From Thalassobaculaceae bacterium (GTDB taxonomy: Bacteria > Pseudomonadota > Alphaproteobacteria > Thalassobaculales > Thalassobaculaceae), in contig OZ245843.1 of NCBI GenBank assembly GCA_965228875.1, positions 4,632,616 through 4,696,615 of the forward strand: a DNA stretch of 64,000 bases, given 5' to 3'. Shown one piece after another: positions 1-9,865 of the stretch. Numbering within the stretch: the first letter of the stretch is position 1; each line of letters opens with the position of its first letter. The notes beneath the pieces are model-generated. The model was not told where the DNA came from. It saw only the letters and a list, made by a program, of their open reading frames with translations, and searched no databases. The position numbers were made by a program, and so were the translations under genes.

Positions 1-11
1 TTGCCAAGGCG

Positions 12-719
12 GTGCGCGGCCCGGTGTTTCTGCTTGACGTCGACGAGGAGGAACGGCTCGCCGCCCACCGGCTGATCGCCGACCGCTGGCCGATGTCCCG
101 GCTGAACTGGTTCTTCTTCACGCCGGAAGAGGAGGATGGCGACGCCGCCCGGGCGGCGATGCGACGCCTTGGGCTCAGGCGGACAGTGACCGGATACTCG
201 ACGGCGTGGCTAGACCTGACCGCCGGTTCGGAGGCCTTGCGCGCGGGACTGAACCAGAAATGGCGCAATCAGCTGGTCGCCGCCGAGTCCGAGAAACTGC
301 GGATACGCGATGCCCATTCCGGACCGGCGATGAACTGGCTGCTGGAGCGCTACGAGACGGTCCGCCGGCGGCAGCGTCACCGTGCGGCGAGCGGGGCGTT
401 CGCCGCGGCCCTGGCGATCTGCGCGCCGCGTCCGCGCGACGTTCTGCTGCTCCAGGCAGAGCGGGGTTCCGAGCCGCTCGCCGGCGTACTCTTTCTGCGC
501 CACGGTTTCTCGGCGACGTATCAGATCGCCTACACTTCCGATGCCGGGCGCGCCGCCAATGCCAACCGCCTGCTGCTGTGGGAGGGGATCCGACGACTCG
601 CCGCCGACGGTGTCCGGTGGCTCGACCTCGGCGGGGTCGACGCTTCCATGGAAGGGGTGACCCGCTTCAAGCTCGGCACCGGCGCCGTCCCCGTGACCCT
701 GGTGGGGACCTGGATGTAG
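12..719 (+). CDS. GNAT/FemAB-like acetyltransferase domain protein (probably 5'-truncated by the window edge)
   Basis: Frame is open from base 3. It has 'WLDLT..SEALRAGLNQKWRNQL', 'NANRLLLWEGIRRL' and 'WLDLGG..GVTRFKLG', which are typical of the FemAB/Acetyltransf_6 fold. Confidence 0.75.
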   Translation: MRGPVFLLDVDEEERLAAHRLIADRWPMSRLNWFFFTPEEEDGDAARAAMRRLGLRRTVTGYSTAWLDLTAGSEALRAGLNQKWRNQLVAAESEKLRIRDAHSGPAMNWLLERYETVRRRQRHRAASGAFAAALAICAPRPRDVLLLQAERGSEPLAGVLFLRHGFSATYQIAYTSDAGRAANANRLLLWEGIRRLAADGVRWLDLGGVDASMEGVTRFKLGTGAVPVTLVGTWM

Positions 720-774
720 CCCTTCTCGGAGAGCATGAAAAGCGCGTCCGTCGGGCGGATGCGATCCGGTATTG

Positions 775-804
775 CGCAACATACCGACCAGTTGGTATGT
801 TGCG
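775..804. promoter_or_regulatory. Palindromic operator upstream of the TetR gene (likely autoregulatory)
   Basis: Near-perfect 30-bp inverted repeat CGCAACATACCGAC-CA-GTTGGTATGTTGCG, 15 bp before the TetR start and just ahead of the AGGAG RBS. Confidence 0.75.
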
Positions 805-819
805 TGAAAAGGAGATGCC

Positions 820-1455
820 ATGCCCCGTCCCACCGCCGGAACGCCCTCCGCCCGCGACAGGCTGCTCGACGCCGCCATCACGGTGATCCGTGCGAACGGC
901 TATGCCGCGACAAGCGTGGACGAACTGTGCGCGGCCGCCGGCGTGACCAAAGGCGCATTCTTTCACCATTTCCGCAGCAAGGACGGGCTCGCCGTCGCCG
1001 CCGCCGAGCACTGGTCGACGGTCACAGGCGCCCGGTTCGCGGCCGCGCCGTATCACGATCTGGAGGACCCGCTCGACCGGGTGCTTGGCTATGTCGAGTT
1101 CCGCCGCGACCTGATCCGCGGTCGGGTCTGCGAGTTCACCTGTCTGGTCGGAACCATGGTTCAGGAGGCGTACGACGCCCATCCGGACATCGCCACCGCC
1201 TGCGGACGCAGCATATTCGGTCACGCGCAGACGCTGGAACGGGACATCGATGCGGCGATGCGCGGCCGCGGACTCGAGACGGTGTCGTGGAGTGCCGCCG
1301 GCCTCGCCCGCCATACCCAGGCAGTGCTCCAGGGTGCCTTCATCCTTGCCAAGGCCGGCGGCGGGGCCGACGTCGCCGTCGAGCAGATCGACCATCTGAG
1401 ACGCTACATCACGCTGCTCTTCGGGGCGGCGGACCGCTGGGAGAACGCGCCATGA
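820..1455 (+). CDS. TetR/AcrR family regulator (NemR-like)
   Basis: N-terminal HTH 'GYAATSVDELCAAAGVTKGAFFHHFRSKDGL'; C-terminal 'CLVGTMVQE'. Confidence 0.92.
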   Translation: MPRPTAGTPSARDRLLDAAITVIRANGYAATSVDELCAAAGVTKGAFFHHFRSKDGLAVAAAEHWSTVTGARFAAAPYHDLEDPLDRVLGYVEFRRDLIRGRVCEFTCLVGTMVQEAYDAHPDIATACGRSIFGHAQTLERDIDAAMRGRGLETVSWSAAGLARHTQAVLQGAFILAKAGGGADVAVEQIDHLRRYITLLFGAADRWENAP

Positions 1456-2426
1456 CCGCTCCGATCAACCGACCGGACGACCTTACCATCGTGCTCGACC
1501 GGGTTCTCGACGCGCCCCGATCCGCGATCTGGCGCTGTTGGACGGAGCCGGACCTGTTGATGCAGTGGCACTGCCCACGGCCCTGGCGGGTCGGCGCCGT
1601 CGATATGGACCTGCGCGCCGGCGGTCGCATGAACATGGTGATGGAGGGGCCGGACGGCGAACGCATCGACTGCGTGGGCTCCTATCTGGAGGTCGTGACC
1701 GGCGAGCGCCTGACGTTCACCGATGCCTATTCGGAAGGGTTCGTGCCGACCGCCAGGCCGTTCATGACCGGTTTCGTCATCCTGGAAGACGCGCCGGCCG
1801 GTCGGACTCGCATGGTCTGGGGCGCGCGTCACCTCGACCCGGAGGCGGTAGAGAGGCACCTCGCCATGGGGTTCGAGACCGGGTGGAATGCCGCGGCCGA
1901 TCAGCTCGAGGTGCTGGCGGCGGGGCTGCCGAGGCCGAAAGGTGCTGATCTGTGGTTCCGGTCGCGGGCGCGGACGTGCCTGTTCCTCGCCTCCGAGGCA
2001 CTGGAAGCGGCGGAGTTCTACTGCGCGCTGCTGCCGGACAGCGCGATCGACGCGGTTCACCGCCCGGACCCCGACGGCCCGCCACTGGTCGTCGAGTTCA
2101 CGCTGTCCGGGATGCCGGTCATGGCGCTGAACGGAAATCCCGATCCCCGGCCCTCTCACACGCTGTCGCTCTCGGTCCTGACCGACGACCAGGACGAGAC
2201 GGATCGGCTGTGGACGGCGCTCTGCGCCGATGGCGGCGAGCCAGGGGCGTGCGGCTGGTTGCGGGATCGGTTCGGCGTGCACTGGCAGATCGTGCCCAAG
2301 GCGCTGCCACGCCTGATGCATGCGGGCGATGCCAAGGCGGCGGCCCGGGTCTCCGGGACGCTGATGACGATGGGAAAAATCGAGATCGCGGAGCTGGAAG
2401 CGGCATTCGGCTCGCCCGCCGGGTAG
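1452..2426 (+). CDS. SRPBCC/AHSA1 domain fused to a VOC (PhnB/3-demethylubiquinone-9 methyltransferase-like) domain
   Basis: ATGA overlap with the TetR stop. 'IWRCWTEPDLLMQW..DLRAGG..GWNAAADQL' is SRPBCC; 'ACGWLRDRFGVHWQIVP..MTMGKIEIAEL' is PhnB-like VOC. Confidence 0.85.
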   Translation: MTAPINRPDDLTIVLDRVLDAPRSAIWRCWTEPDLLMQWHCPRPWRVGAVDMDLRAGGRMNMVMEGPDGERIDCVGSYLEVVTGERLTFTDAYSEGFVPTARPFMTGFVILEDAPAGRTRMVWGARHLDPEAVERHLAMGFETGWNAAADQLEVLAAGLPRPKGADLWFRSRARTCLFLASEALEAAEFYCALLPDSAIDAVHRPDPDGPPLVVEFTLSGMPVMALNGNPDPRPSHTLSLSVLTDDQDETDRLWTALCADGGEPGACGWLRDRFGVHWQIVPKALPRLMHAGDAKAAARVSGTLMTMGKIEIAELEAAFGSPAG

Positions 2427-2610
2427 GGGACACCACTCGGTCCGGGCGACCCGAACGCGTGTGATCCGAATGCGGGGAACACGGCGGGGAGCGGGGAATG
2501 GGCTGTAGGCCCGTCGGCTCCGCTCCGCACCGTCTGAGCCGGGTCCATCCGAACCAGGGGCGGGCCGACGGGAGGACGCCCTCAATATGTTAATTCAATC
2601 AAACATTTCA

Positions 2611-2626
2611 TTAGGTTTTTATTAAA
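2611..2626. promoter_or_regulatory. Possible CtrA-type box in the AT-rich promoter of the chemoreceptor gene
   Basis: TTAG-N7-TTAA (consensus TTAA-N7-TTAA) inside an AT-rich patch at about 2583-2660. Confidence 0.35.
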
Positions 2627-2682
2627 CACATCCGTTTACGCTCGGCTCCATTGAATATCTTAGCCGCGATCAGGTGGGACCG

Positions 2683-4278
2683 ATGAGCAGCAACCTCAAT
2701 GCACATGTGGACTTTATCGAACTGACATCGGCGGAACGCCGGTTGCTCGCCGAGTTTTTTCCGGTCGTGGACAAGGGCCTGGCGGCGATCCTCGACCGGT
2801 TCTACGCCAAACTGGCGACAGTTCCGCACCTGGCGGCGATGTTCACCAGCGACCAGAGCCAGAAGCGTGCGGCCGGCGCCCAGGCGAAGCACTGGAAGCA
2901 GATGTTCACCGCCGGCGACCGGCCGGAGTATTTCGAGTCGGTTCGCCGCATCGGCGAGGTCCACAACAAGCTCGGACTCGAGCCGTCCTGGTACATCGAC
3001 GGTTACACCCGGATCACGGCGGAACTGCACCGGCTTGCGATCCGTCATGCACTGACCGGCTTCTCGATGAAGGCGGCCGGTGCCCGTGCCGAGGCCCTGG
3101 TCGTGGCTCTCGACAAGGTGATCCTGCTGGACATCAACCTCGTGATCGCCGTCTACCTGGAGGCTCAGGAGGCCGATCATCGAAAGCGTCTCGAAGACCT
3201 CTCGACCCAGTTCGACCAGTCGCTCGGCGGGCTGACCCGCTCCCTGACGGAAGCGGCCGAGACCATGCGCAGGACTGCCACCGGCCTGGCGACCGAGGCG
3301 GACGGGACGCGGAACTCGTCGTCGCAGGCGGCGTCCCGCGCGTCGGAGATGAGCGTCAACGTGCAGACGATCTCCAGCGCCATGGAGGAGATGACGGCCA
3401 CCATCGCCGAGATCTCCCAACAGGCGAACGGCGCCGTCACCGAGATGCGCGACGCCGCCACCCTTGCCTCCAGCGCCTCGACGACGGTCGGCGACCTCGC
3501 GACCGTCACGTCCGAGATCTCCGACGTCCTGAACCTCATCCGCGACATCGCCGACCAGACCAATCTCCTGGCGCTGAACGCCACGATCGAGGCCGCTCGG
3601 GCGGGCGACGCCGGCAAGGGCTTCGCGGTCGTCGCCGGCGAGGTGAAGAGCCTTGCCAAGCAGACCGGCGACGCGACGGTGGAGATCACCTCGCTGGTCG
3701 AGCGCATCCAGCATGCTTCGGGCCGAAGCTGCGAGACCGTCGCGTCGATCTCCGAGACCATCGGGCGCATGGAGGAGATCGCCCAGGCGATCGCCGGCGC
3801 GGTGGAACAGCAGAACGCGACCACCCGCGAGATCTCCGAGAATGTTGCCCAGACCACCGACGGCACCCAGGAGGTCTCGCGCCTCGCCGCCGATGTGGAG
3901 GGCACGGCCGACCGAACCTCCGAAGCGGCCGTTACGGTCACCGGCGCCGCCGAAGGGTTGCTGTCCGACGTGACGTCCCTGTCCGAACAGGCGGCCGCAT
4001 TCGTCGCCAAGATCCGCAACATGGATCGGCGTGAGCAGCCGCGCAGCGACACCAACGTCCCCGTCGTCGTCACCGTCGGCTCGATCCGGCGCGACGGCAT
4101 CCTGGTCGACCGCTCGCACGAGGGTGTGGGTATCCGGATCGACACCACCGGCATCCAGGTCGGCGACGAGGCTTCCGTCCTGCTGGATACGGGCCAGAAT
4201 TTGAGGGTGACGGTCACGGCCGCCGATGCGGGACGCCTGGGTGGCGCCCTCGTCGATGCCCTGAAGAGGGCCGGCTAG
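2683..4278 (+). CDS. Soluble globin-coupled chemoreceptor (protoglobin + MCP signalling + C-terminal PilZ)
   Basis: Globin motifs '[30 protein letters not shown]'; MCP tip '[37 protein letters not shown]'; PilZ motifs 'RREQPR' and 'DRSHEG'; no transmembrane segment. Confidence 0.9.
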   Translation: MSSNLNAHVDFIELTSAERRLLAEFFPVVDKGLAAILDRFYAKLATVPHLAAMFTSDQSQKRAAGAQAKHWKQMFTAGDRPEYFESVRRIGEVHNKLGLEPSWYIDGYTRITAELHRLAIRHALTGFSMKAAGARAEALVVALDKVILLDINLVIAVYLEAQEADHRKRLEDLSTQFDQSLGGLTRSLTEAAETMRRTATGLATEADGTRNSSSQAASRASEMSVNVQTISSAMEEMTATIAEISQQANGAVTEMRDAATLASSASTTVGDLATVTSEISDVLNLIRDIADQTNLLALNATIEAARAGDAGKGFAVVAGEVKSLAKQTGDATVEITSLVERIQHASGRSCETVASISETIGRMEEIAQAIAGAVEQQNATTREISENVAQTTDGTQEVSRLAADVEGTADRTSEAAVTVTGAAEGLLSDVTSLSEQAAAFVAKIRNMDRREQPRSDTNVPVVVTVGSIRRDGILVDRSHEGVGIRIDTTGIQVGDEASVLLDTGQNLRVTVTAADAGRLGGALVDALKRAG

Positions 4279-4358
4279 AGTGCGATCGCTTCAGATCGAA
4301 TCGACCTGAAGCGTGAATCGCCCTCTAAGCCATTGGAGTCAGATCAAGTTCAGGCTCT
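4276..4358. repeat. TAGAG...CTCTA palindromic intergenic element (CIR/Bru-RS-like), copy A
   Basis: TAGAGTGCGAT-CGCTTCAGATCGAATCGACCTGAAGCG-TGAATCGCCCTCTA. Closely matches the reverse complement of 34186-34235 and contains GANTC sites. Confidence 0.7.
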
Positions 4359-5111
4359 GTATTCCGGCTCCTCCCGGTCGAGGATCCGGCGCAGGGCCGT
4401 GAAATGTCGGTCTGAGACCGCCCGGCGCTCGGTCTCCATCTGGCCCTTCACCCGGGCGCGGACGTTGTCGCCGATCCGGCGCAGCGTCCCCCCGGTCGAC
4501 TTGGCGTGGATCTGGAACATCGCGGCCCGCTCCAGGTAGTAGAGGTCGTTGAACGCCTCGGCCACCGTCGGGCCGCTGACCATGACGCCGTGCGAGGCGA
4601 GCATCAGGATCGGCTTCCCGTCCATCTGCGCCGCCATCCTGTCACCCTCCTCGGTCGCCAGTGCGAGGCCCTCGTAGTCGTCGTCATAGGCGATCCGGTC
4701 GTCGAACATCAGCGCGTTCTGCTCGACCATCTCCAGGCGTCCGCCCTCGATCAGGGTCAGCGCTGTGGCGTAGGGCTGGTGGGTGTGCAGGACGACCGCG
4801 GCGTCCGGATGATTGATGTGGATCCGCGAGTGGATGCAGAACGCTGTCGCCTCGACGGTCTCCTCGCCCTCCAGAACCGTGCCGTCGACGTCGCACAGCA
4901 CAAGCGATGACGCCGTGACCTCCGACCAGTGCCAGCCGAACGGGTTGATGAGGAACCGGTCGCCCCGGATGGTGCCGTCCGGCTCCGGGACGGCGGCGGA
5001 GAAGTGGTTGTCCACGCCCTCGTTGAGGCCCATCCGGGCGGCCCAGCGCAGGGCGCAGGCGAGATCGACGCGCAACTGCCGGACGGTGTCGGCCTGACTC
5101 ATCTCGTTCAT
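4350..5111 (-). CDS. Class II aldolase/adducin family protein
   Basis: 'EGVDNHFS', 'FLINPFGWHWSEVTASSL', 'TAFCIHSRIH', 'LHTHQPYATAL', 'LASHGV'. Confidence 0.9.
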   Translation of the reverse strand: MNEMSQADTVRQLRVDLACALRWAARMGLNEGVDNHFSAAVPEPDGTIRGDRFLINPFGWHWSEVTASSLVLCDVDGTVLEGEETVEATAFCIHSRIHINHPDAAVVLHTHQPYATALTLIEGGRLEMVEQNALMFDDRIAYDDDYEGLALATEEGDRMAAQMDGKPILMLASHGVMVSGPTVAEAFNDLYYLERAAMFQIHAKSTGGTLRRIGDNVRARVKGQMETERRAVSDRHFTALRRILDREEPEYRA

Positions 5112-5125
5112 GTCCGCTCCTCCCT

Positions 5126-5947
5126 TCAGCCGTGGCCCACATTGAAATCGTTCAGACCGCAGGCATCGCTGCCGCGCAGAAGCCAGAGCGGCCGGGTGGC
5201 GAAATCGACCAGGTTGCCCTTCGCCTGCAGGTCGCGGCCGATCTGACGGTCGAAATGCGATGTCGTCGGCATGTAGCGGCAGACATAGCCGGCACGCCGG
5301 CGGTCCGAGCGGTTCGGCTCCGAGCCGTGAACAAGGTAGACGTCATGCAGCGAGAACTGCCCGGCCTCGAGGACCAGGTCGGCGGCCTGAGACTCGTCGT
5401 ACTCCTCGGCGGACAGGACCTGGTTCAGCGCCAACTCGTCGCTGTCGTCCTGGGCATGGGCGCGCAGCCGCTGCTGCTTGTGGGAGCCGGGAATAACGCG
5501 TAGGCAGCCGTTTTCCGGCCCCGCGTCGTCCATGGCGATCCAGGCGGAACAGGTGGCAAGCGGCCGGATCGGCCAGTACTCGCCGTCCTGGTGCCAGGGG
5601 ACGCGCTTGCCGGTTCCCGGCGGCTTGCCGAAGACGGTCGTTCCCCAAAGCGCGATGTCGGGTCCGATGAGCTGCTCGATCATGTCGAGGATCTCGGGGA
5701 TGCTGGCGTAGTCGAGCCAGGCCGGCGCCCCGCTCAGGCCCTGGACGCCGCCCGACAGGACATGCGGGCAGATCATGTTGTCCGAGCCGACATCCGGGTT
5801 GGCCGTCTTCAGCGCCTCGAAATCGGCGCGCATCCGTGCCAGCGTCGCCGGTGGCAACCGCCAGTTGGGAATGACGTAGCCATGCTCGTGATAGTGGGCG
5901 ATCTCGGCGTCGGTCAGCAGGTGCGACGCGGTGGACTGGATGTTCAT
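5126..5947 (-). CDS. Phytanoyl-CoA dioxygenase (PhyH) family Fe(II)/2OG dioxygenase
   Basis: 'PWHQDGEYW' (HxD), 'ENGCLRVIPGSHK', 'HGSEPNRSDRRRAG'. Confidence 0.92.
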   Translation of the reverse strand: MNIQSTASHLLTDAEIAHYHEHGYVIPNWRLPPATLARMRADFEALKTANPDVGSDNMICPHVLSGGVQGLSGAPAWLDYASIPEILDMIEQLIGPDIALWGTTVFGKPPGTGKRVPWHQDGEYWPIRPLATCSAWIAMDDAGPENGCLRVIPGSHKQQRLRAHAQDDSDELALNQVLSAEEYDESQAADLVLEAGQFSLHDVYLVHGSEPNRSDRRRAGYVCRYMPTTSHFDRQIGRDLQAKGNLVDFATRPLWLLRGSDACGLNDFNVGHG

Positions 5948-6077
5948 GGCGGTTCCTCCGGCTCCTCTTGCTGGGAAGCTCGGAAGATCCTACGAGACGG
6001 CCAGCAGCCTGACTAGCTGGCGAAGTCCGGCGCTGCCGGCCAGCGCCGCCGCGTTTTTGGCCGCCGACCCGATCGCG

Positions 6078-7796
6078 CTACGGCTTGATCGGCATGAGGG
6101 GCTCGATCTCCTCGGGGATCGCGTAGAGGGTGCCCTCGCCGAAGGAGGCGGAGTACCGGTAGAAGTAGAATCGGTATCCACGACTCTCCGCCATGAGGCG
6201 TTCCGGGATGTCGAAGAACTGTTCGACCGTATGGTAGATCGAGATCTCGATCTGCGGGCGATGGCTGCGCATGACCTCGATCAGCTGGTCGAGGAGGAAC
6301 TCCTCGCCACCCTCGATATCCAGCTTGATGTGATCGATCCGATCAAGCCCGTGACGCTTCACGAAGGTGTCGAGGCGGCTGGCCGGTATCGTGCGGACCT
6401 TACCCTGCTGACGTTTTCCGATCCGCGTGTCTTCCCAGCAACCGCCCGTCTCCATTGTGATGTCACCATCGACATCGCTGAGGGCATGGGCGTGGAAGTG
6501 AACCCCGCAACCTGATCCATCGATCCAGGTGCGCGCCGGGGCACCCAGCGTACCGGCTCCTTCCGGGTCGATGTTGTGAAGTTCGCCACCCGGTGAAATC
6601 AGCGCCAGGTAGGCCGGCACCTCGAATCCTTCCGAGACCCCGAGATTGAGAATGACGTCGCCCGGGCGATAGACCGCGTAGTCGAAGTACTGAACGCGGT
6701 GACAGACCCGACGATAGAAGCCTTCGAAATACAGGGTCGACTCGCCGGTCAGTGTCTCGAGATAGCTCTGACGACTGGCCGCGTCCGACAGTCGGTCGGC
6801 GATCCGCCGGCCGCGCGCCCGGTTGTCCCGCAGGAATGCGGCCTCGTGGCCTTTGGCATAGATGAAGGTGGCGAAATCGCGGGTTCTGAGGGCATAAGCG
6901 AGCAGCCGATCGGTCCGCGGAACTGCACCCTCGTCGAGCACCTGCCAGAGATTGGTCCAGTACACGTGCCAGTGCCCGTACAGGCAGGGCAGCAGTGTAT
7001 GCGCCGGGTCGTCCGACGGATCGATCGAAACGACTTGGGCGGTCTTCGCCTCGGGTGTGTCCCGGTCGACGATCCGGGCGTCCGGGTTCACGTAGGTGAG
7101 GATGCGGACGGCCCGCCGCCGCTGGACGGCATCCGCTCCGTGAACCGCCCATGTTCCGTCATTCGGCAGGCGCGGCCGGAGCAGAACGCGCCCGTTCATC
7201 AATGTCGCGGGGAAGTCGCGCTCGATTGACGCTGTATCGAACGCGCGAACCATGGCGGCGTAGCGTTGCAGCATAACCGCCGTCGGATTTGCCGGAAGAT
7301 CCCGGGAGTTGGATGCGGCGATCACCGACGTCCAGCGAACGAGCTTGACCAGCAGGTCGACATCTCCAAGCCGGCGCAGGGCCTGCACGAGCCGGTCGCC
7401 CGAGGCCTGGAAGGTGCTGTCGAGGATGATCCAGCGGCGTAGCGCGTCGCTGAACGCCGCGGGTGGCGGGTCCTCGACCGGCGAGGAATGGTACAACGCT
7501 GCTACCAGTGCGTTGTGAATTCCGGCGGTCGTCGGCGCGAGGCGCGCGGCCATCCGCAGCAGCGTGGCCGCCGTTGCGTGGGCGCCGTCGTTGATGCACT
7601 CCCATGCGAGAAACGTCAGCGGTCTGAAATCTCCCGGTGCGAGGAGCGCCAGGTGTTCGAGTCCGTACCGCACCAGTTCCGGGCGATTGGCCTTCTGCGC
7701 GGATCGGACCAGTCCCTCCCAAACCTCGGTTCGGTCGGTGGCGAGCCTTGCTGCCATTGCGGCGGGCGCGGATGCTCGCGTTTCCATCAACGGCAC
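6078..7796 (-). CDS. FkbM-family methyltransferase with TPR-like N-terminus (paralog 1)
   Basis: C-terminal 'RLDTFVKRHGLDRIDHIKLDIEGGE..RPQIEISIYH' is the FkbM signature; Ala-rich helical N-terminus. Start (GTG) uncertain. Confidence 0.75.
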   Translation of the reverse strand: MPLMETRASAPAAMAARLATDRTEVWEGLVRSAQKANRPELVRYGLEHLALLAPGDFRPLTFLAWECINDGAHATAATLLRMAARLAPTTAGIHNALVAALYHSSPVEDPPPAAFSDALRRWIILDSTFQASGDRLVQALRRLGDVDLLVKLVRWTSVIAASNSRDLPANPTAVMLQRYAAMVRAFDTASIERDFPATLMNGRVLLRPRLPNDGTWAVHGADAVQRRRAVRILTYVNPDARIVDRDTPEAKTAQVVSIDPSDDPAHTLLPCLYGHWHVYWTNLWQVLDEGAVPRTDRLLAYALRTRDFATFIYAKGHEAAFLRDNRARGRRIADRLSDAASRQSYLETLTGESTLYFEGFYRRVCHRVQYFDYAVYRPGDVILNLGVSEGFEVPAYLALISPGGELHNIDPEGAGTLGAPARTWIDGSGCGVHFHAHALSDVDGDITMETGGCWEDTRIGKRQQGKVRTIPASRLDTFVKRHGLDRIDHIKLDIEGGEEFLLDQLIEVMRSHRPQIEISIYHTVEQFFDIPERLMAESRGYRFYFYRYSASFGEGTLYAIPEEIEPLMPIKP

Positions 7797-7906
7797 GGAT
7801 AGGGCTCCGATTCAGAGGTGCAGTGGGCGGCATGGTCCGCTGGCAGAGATAGACGCGTGGCCCTTGGAATGTCGAGCATCGACTGACGTGCGCGGACCCG
7901 ATCGCG

Positions 7907-9865
7907 CTACGGCTTGATCGGCATGAGGGGCTCGATCTCCTCAGGGATCGCGTAGAGGGTGCCCTCGCCGAAATGTCCGCAGTAGTGGTGGAAGAAGAAG
8001 CGGTAGCCTTGGCTCTCGCGCATCATGCGGTCGGGGATGTCGAAGAACTGCTCGACGGTATGGTAGATCGAGATCTCGATCTGCGGGCGATGGCTGCGCA
8101 TGACCTCGATCAGCTGGTCGAGGAGGAAACCCTCCCCGCCCTCGATGTCGAGTTTGATGTGGTCGATCCGCTCGATCCGGTTCTCGGCGATGAAGGTGTC
8201 GAGGCGCTTGGCCGGCAGCGTTCGCAGATTGCCGAGCTTGCGCTTGGAGATGCGGGCATCCTCCCAGCAACCGCCGGTCTCCATCTCGATCTCGCCGTCG
8301 ACGTCGCTGAGCGCGCACTCGTGCAGCACGACGGTGGCGCCGGCGCCCTCGATCCAGGCCCGGGCCGGCGCGCCGAGCGCCTGGTATCCCTCGGGGTCGA
8401 TGTTGTGCAGCGTGCCGGTTGGGCCGATTAGGGCGAGATACGCCGGAACTTCGAAGCCTTCCGAGACGCCGAGGTTGAGGACCACGTCGCCCGGCCGGTA
8501 GACCGCGTAGTCGAAATACTGAACCCGGTGGGCGATCTCGGTGAAAAATCGGCGCAGGAAGGTCGGTCGGTGCGCCGCCATGGTCTCCAGGTAGCTCTCG
8601 CGGCTTGCGGCGTCGCCCATGCGTTCCGCGATCGACCGGCCGAGATCGCGCCGCTCGGCAATGTAACGCCGCTCATGCCCCTTGGGGTACCAGAACGTGA
8701 CGTTCTGTCTGGTGCGGATTCCATAGCTGGTCGCCAGGTCGAGGTCCGGCTGGCCCTCGGCGTTCAGGACCGCCGGCATGACGGTCCACCAGACATGCCA
8801 GTGTCCCCACAGGCACGGCAGAAACCAAGTCTCGGGATCGTCGCTGGGCACCAGAGAGAGGGGACGGCCCAGATCCGCGTCGGGAGCGTCGGAGGACAGA
8901 ATCCTGGCGCTGGGGTTCGCATACGAGAGGACCCGAAGCGCCCGTTCCTGAAACTCGGCCGGGCCGTGCAGGGTCCAGGGTCCGTCGTTCGGCAACCGGG
9001 GATGCAGAAGGACACGGTCGCGGAACGGTCGGGCGGGAAAATCGCAGTCGATCCGGTACGGTGCCAGGCTCGCGATCTGCTCGGCGAAGGAACGATAGTC
9101 GGAATCGGAAATCTTTCGGGCCTGTCCGCCCTTTTCGGCGGCCTCGGTGACTGAGGACCAGCCCAGCACCTTCACAAACCGGCGCCAGTCGCCGAAACGG
9201 CGAAAACCGAACGCGGCAAGCGAATCCGTTAGGGCGGCGGGGTGCTCCAGGATGATCCAGCGCTTGAGGTCGTTGACGGCCGACTTGGGGGTCGGGGCAT
9301 CGACGCTCTCGTACGTGTAGTGGAGGCTGGTTCTGAGGCGATAGGACTGAGGCGCGAGCGGCATGGCCACCGACGCGCGTCTGGCGGCGCGCAGCGCATC
9401 GGTCCAGCGCCGGGCAAAGTCGTTAGGCATGCCGGGACAGGCGTTCAGCCAGGCCAACGGCCGATCGGGCCGCAGCGACAGAGCCCGCTTGCCGAACGTG
9501 TTGGCGGCGGCCGGGTCACCGATATCGCCGTGAAGGGAAGCAGCGGTGTGCCAGATCTCCGGTGAGGCCGGCGCCGATCGGCTGAACCGTTCGGCTGCCC
9601 GGAGCAGACCCGCGTTCCGGGTCGCCCGCCGCAGCATGGACACGATCGTGCCGATGTTTTTGTCGACCAGACCCGACGCCCTGGCGCCGGCCGAGTTCAC
9701 CGAGGCCCATGTCAGCGGCTTGCCGAGGAGCTTGATATGGCCCGCGTTGATGATCGTGGCCGCCAGCATAAGCGTGTGCAGGGGAACGTCCGGTTCATGG
9801 ATGACCGAGGAGATGATCTTCAACCGTTCCTGTCGCTCGTTGCCGCCAGGCGAACTCTTAACCAT
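7907..9865 (-). CDS. FkbM-family methyltransferase with TPR-like N-terminus (paralog 2)
   Basis: 'RLDTFIAENRIERIDHIKLDIEGGE..RPQIEISIYH'; TPR-like 'RALSLRPDRPLAWLN'. Start uncertain. Confidence 0.75.
   Translation of the reverse strand: MVKSSPGGNERQERLKIISSVIHEPDVPLHTLMLAATIINAGHIKLLGKPLTWASVNSAGARASGLVDKNIGTIVSMLRRATRNAGLLRAAERFSRSAPASPEIWHTAASLHGDIGDPAAANTFGKRALSLRPDRPLAWLNACPGMPNDFARRWTDALRAARRASVAMPLAPQSYRLRTSLHYTYESVDAPTPKSAVNDLKRWIILEHPAALTDSLAAFGFRRFGDWRRFVKVLGWSSVTEAAEKGGQARKISDSDYRSFAEQIASLAPYRIDCDFPARPFRDRVLLHPRLPNDGPWTLHGPAEFQERALRVLSYANPSARILSSDAPDADLGRPLSLVPSDDPETWFLPCLWGHWHVWWTVMPAVLNAEGQPDLDLATSYGIRTRQNVTFWYPKGHERRYIAERRDLGRSIAERMGDAASRESYLETMAAHRPTFLRRFFTEIAHRVQYFDYAVYRPGDVVLNLGVSEGFEVPAYLALIGPTGTLHNIDPEGYQALGAPARAWIEGAGATVVLHECALSDVDGEIEMETGGCWEDARISKRKLGNLRTLPAKRLDTFIAENRIERIDHIKLDIEGGEGFLLDQLIEVMRSHRPQIEISIYHTVEQFFDIPDRMMRESQGYRFFFHHYCGHFGEGTLYAIPEEIEPLMPIKP

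Noticed and set aside
735..1451. N-terminal extension of the 563-aa ORF
   Set aside because: Overlaps the TetR gene out of frame; the real start is 1452 (ATGA coupling).
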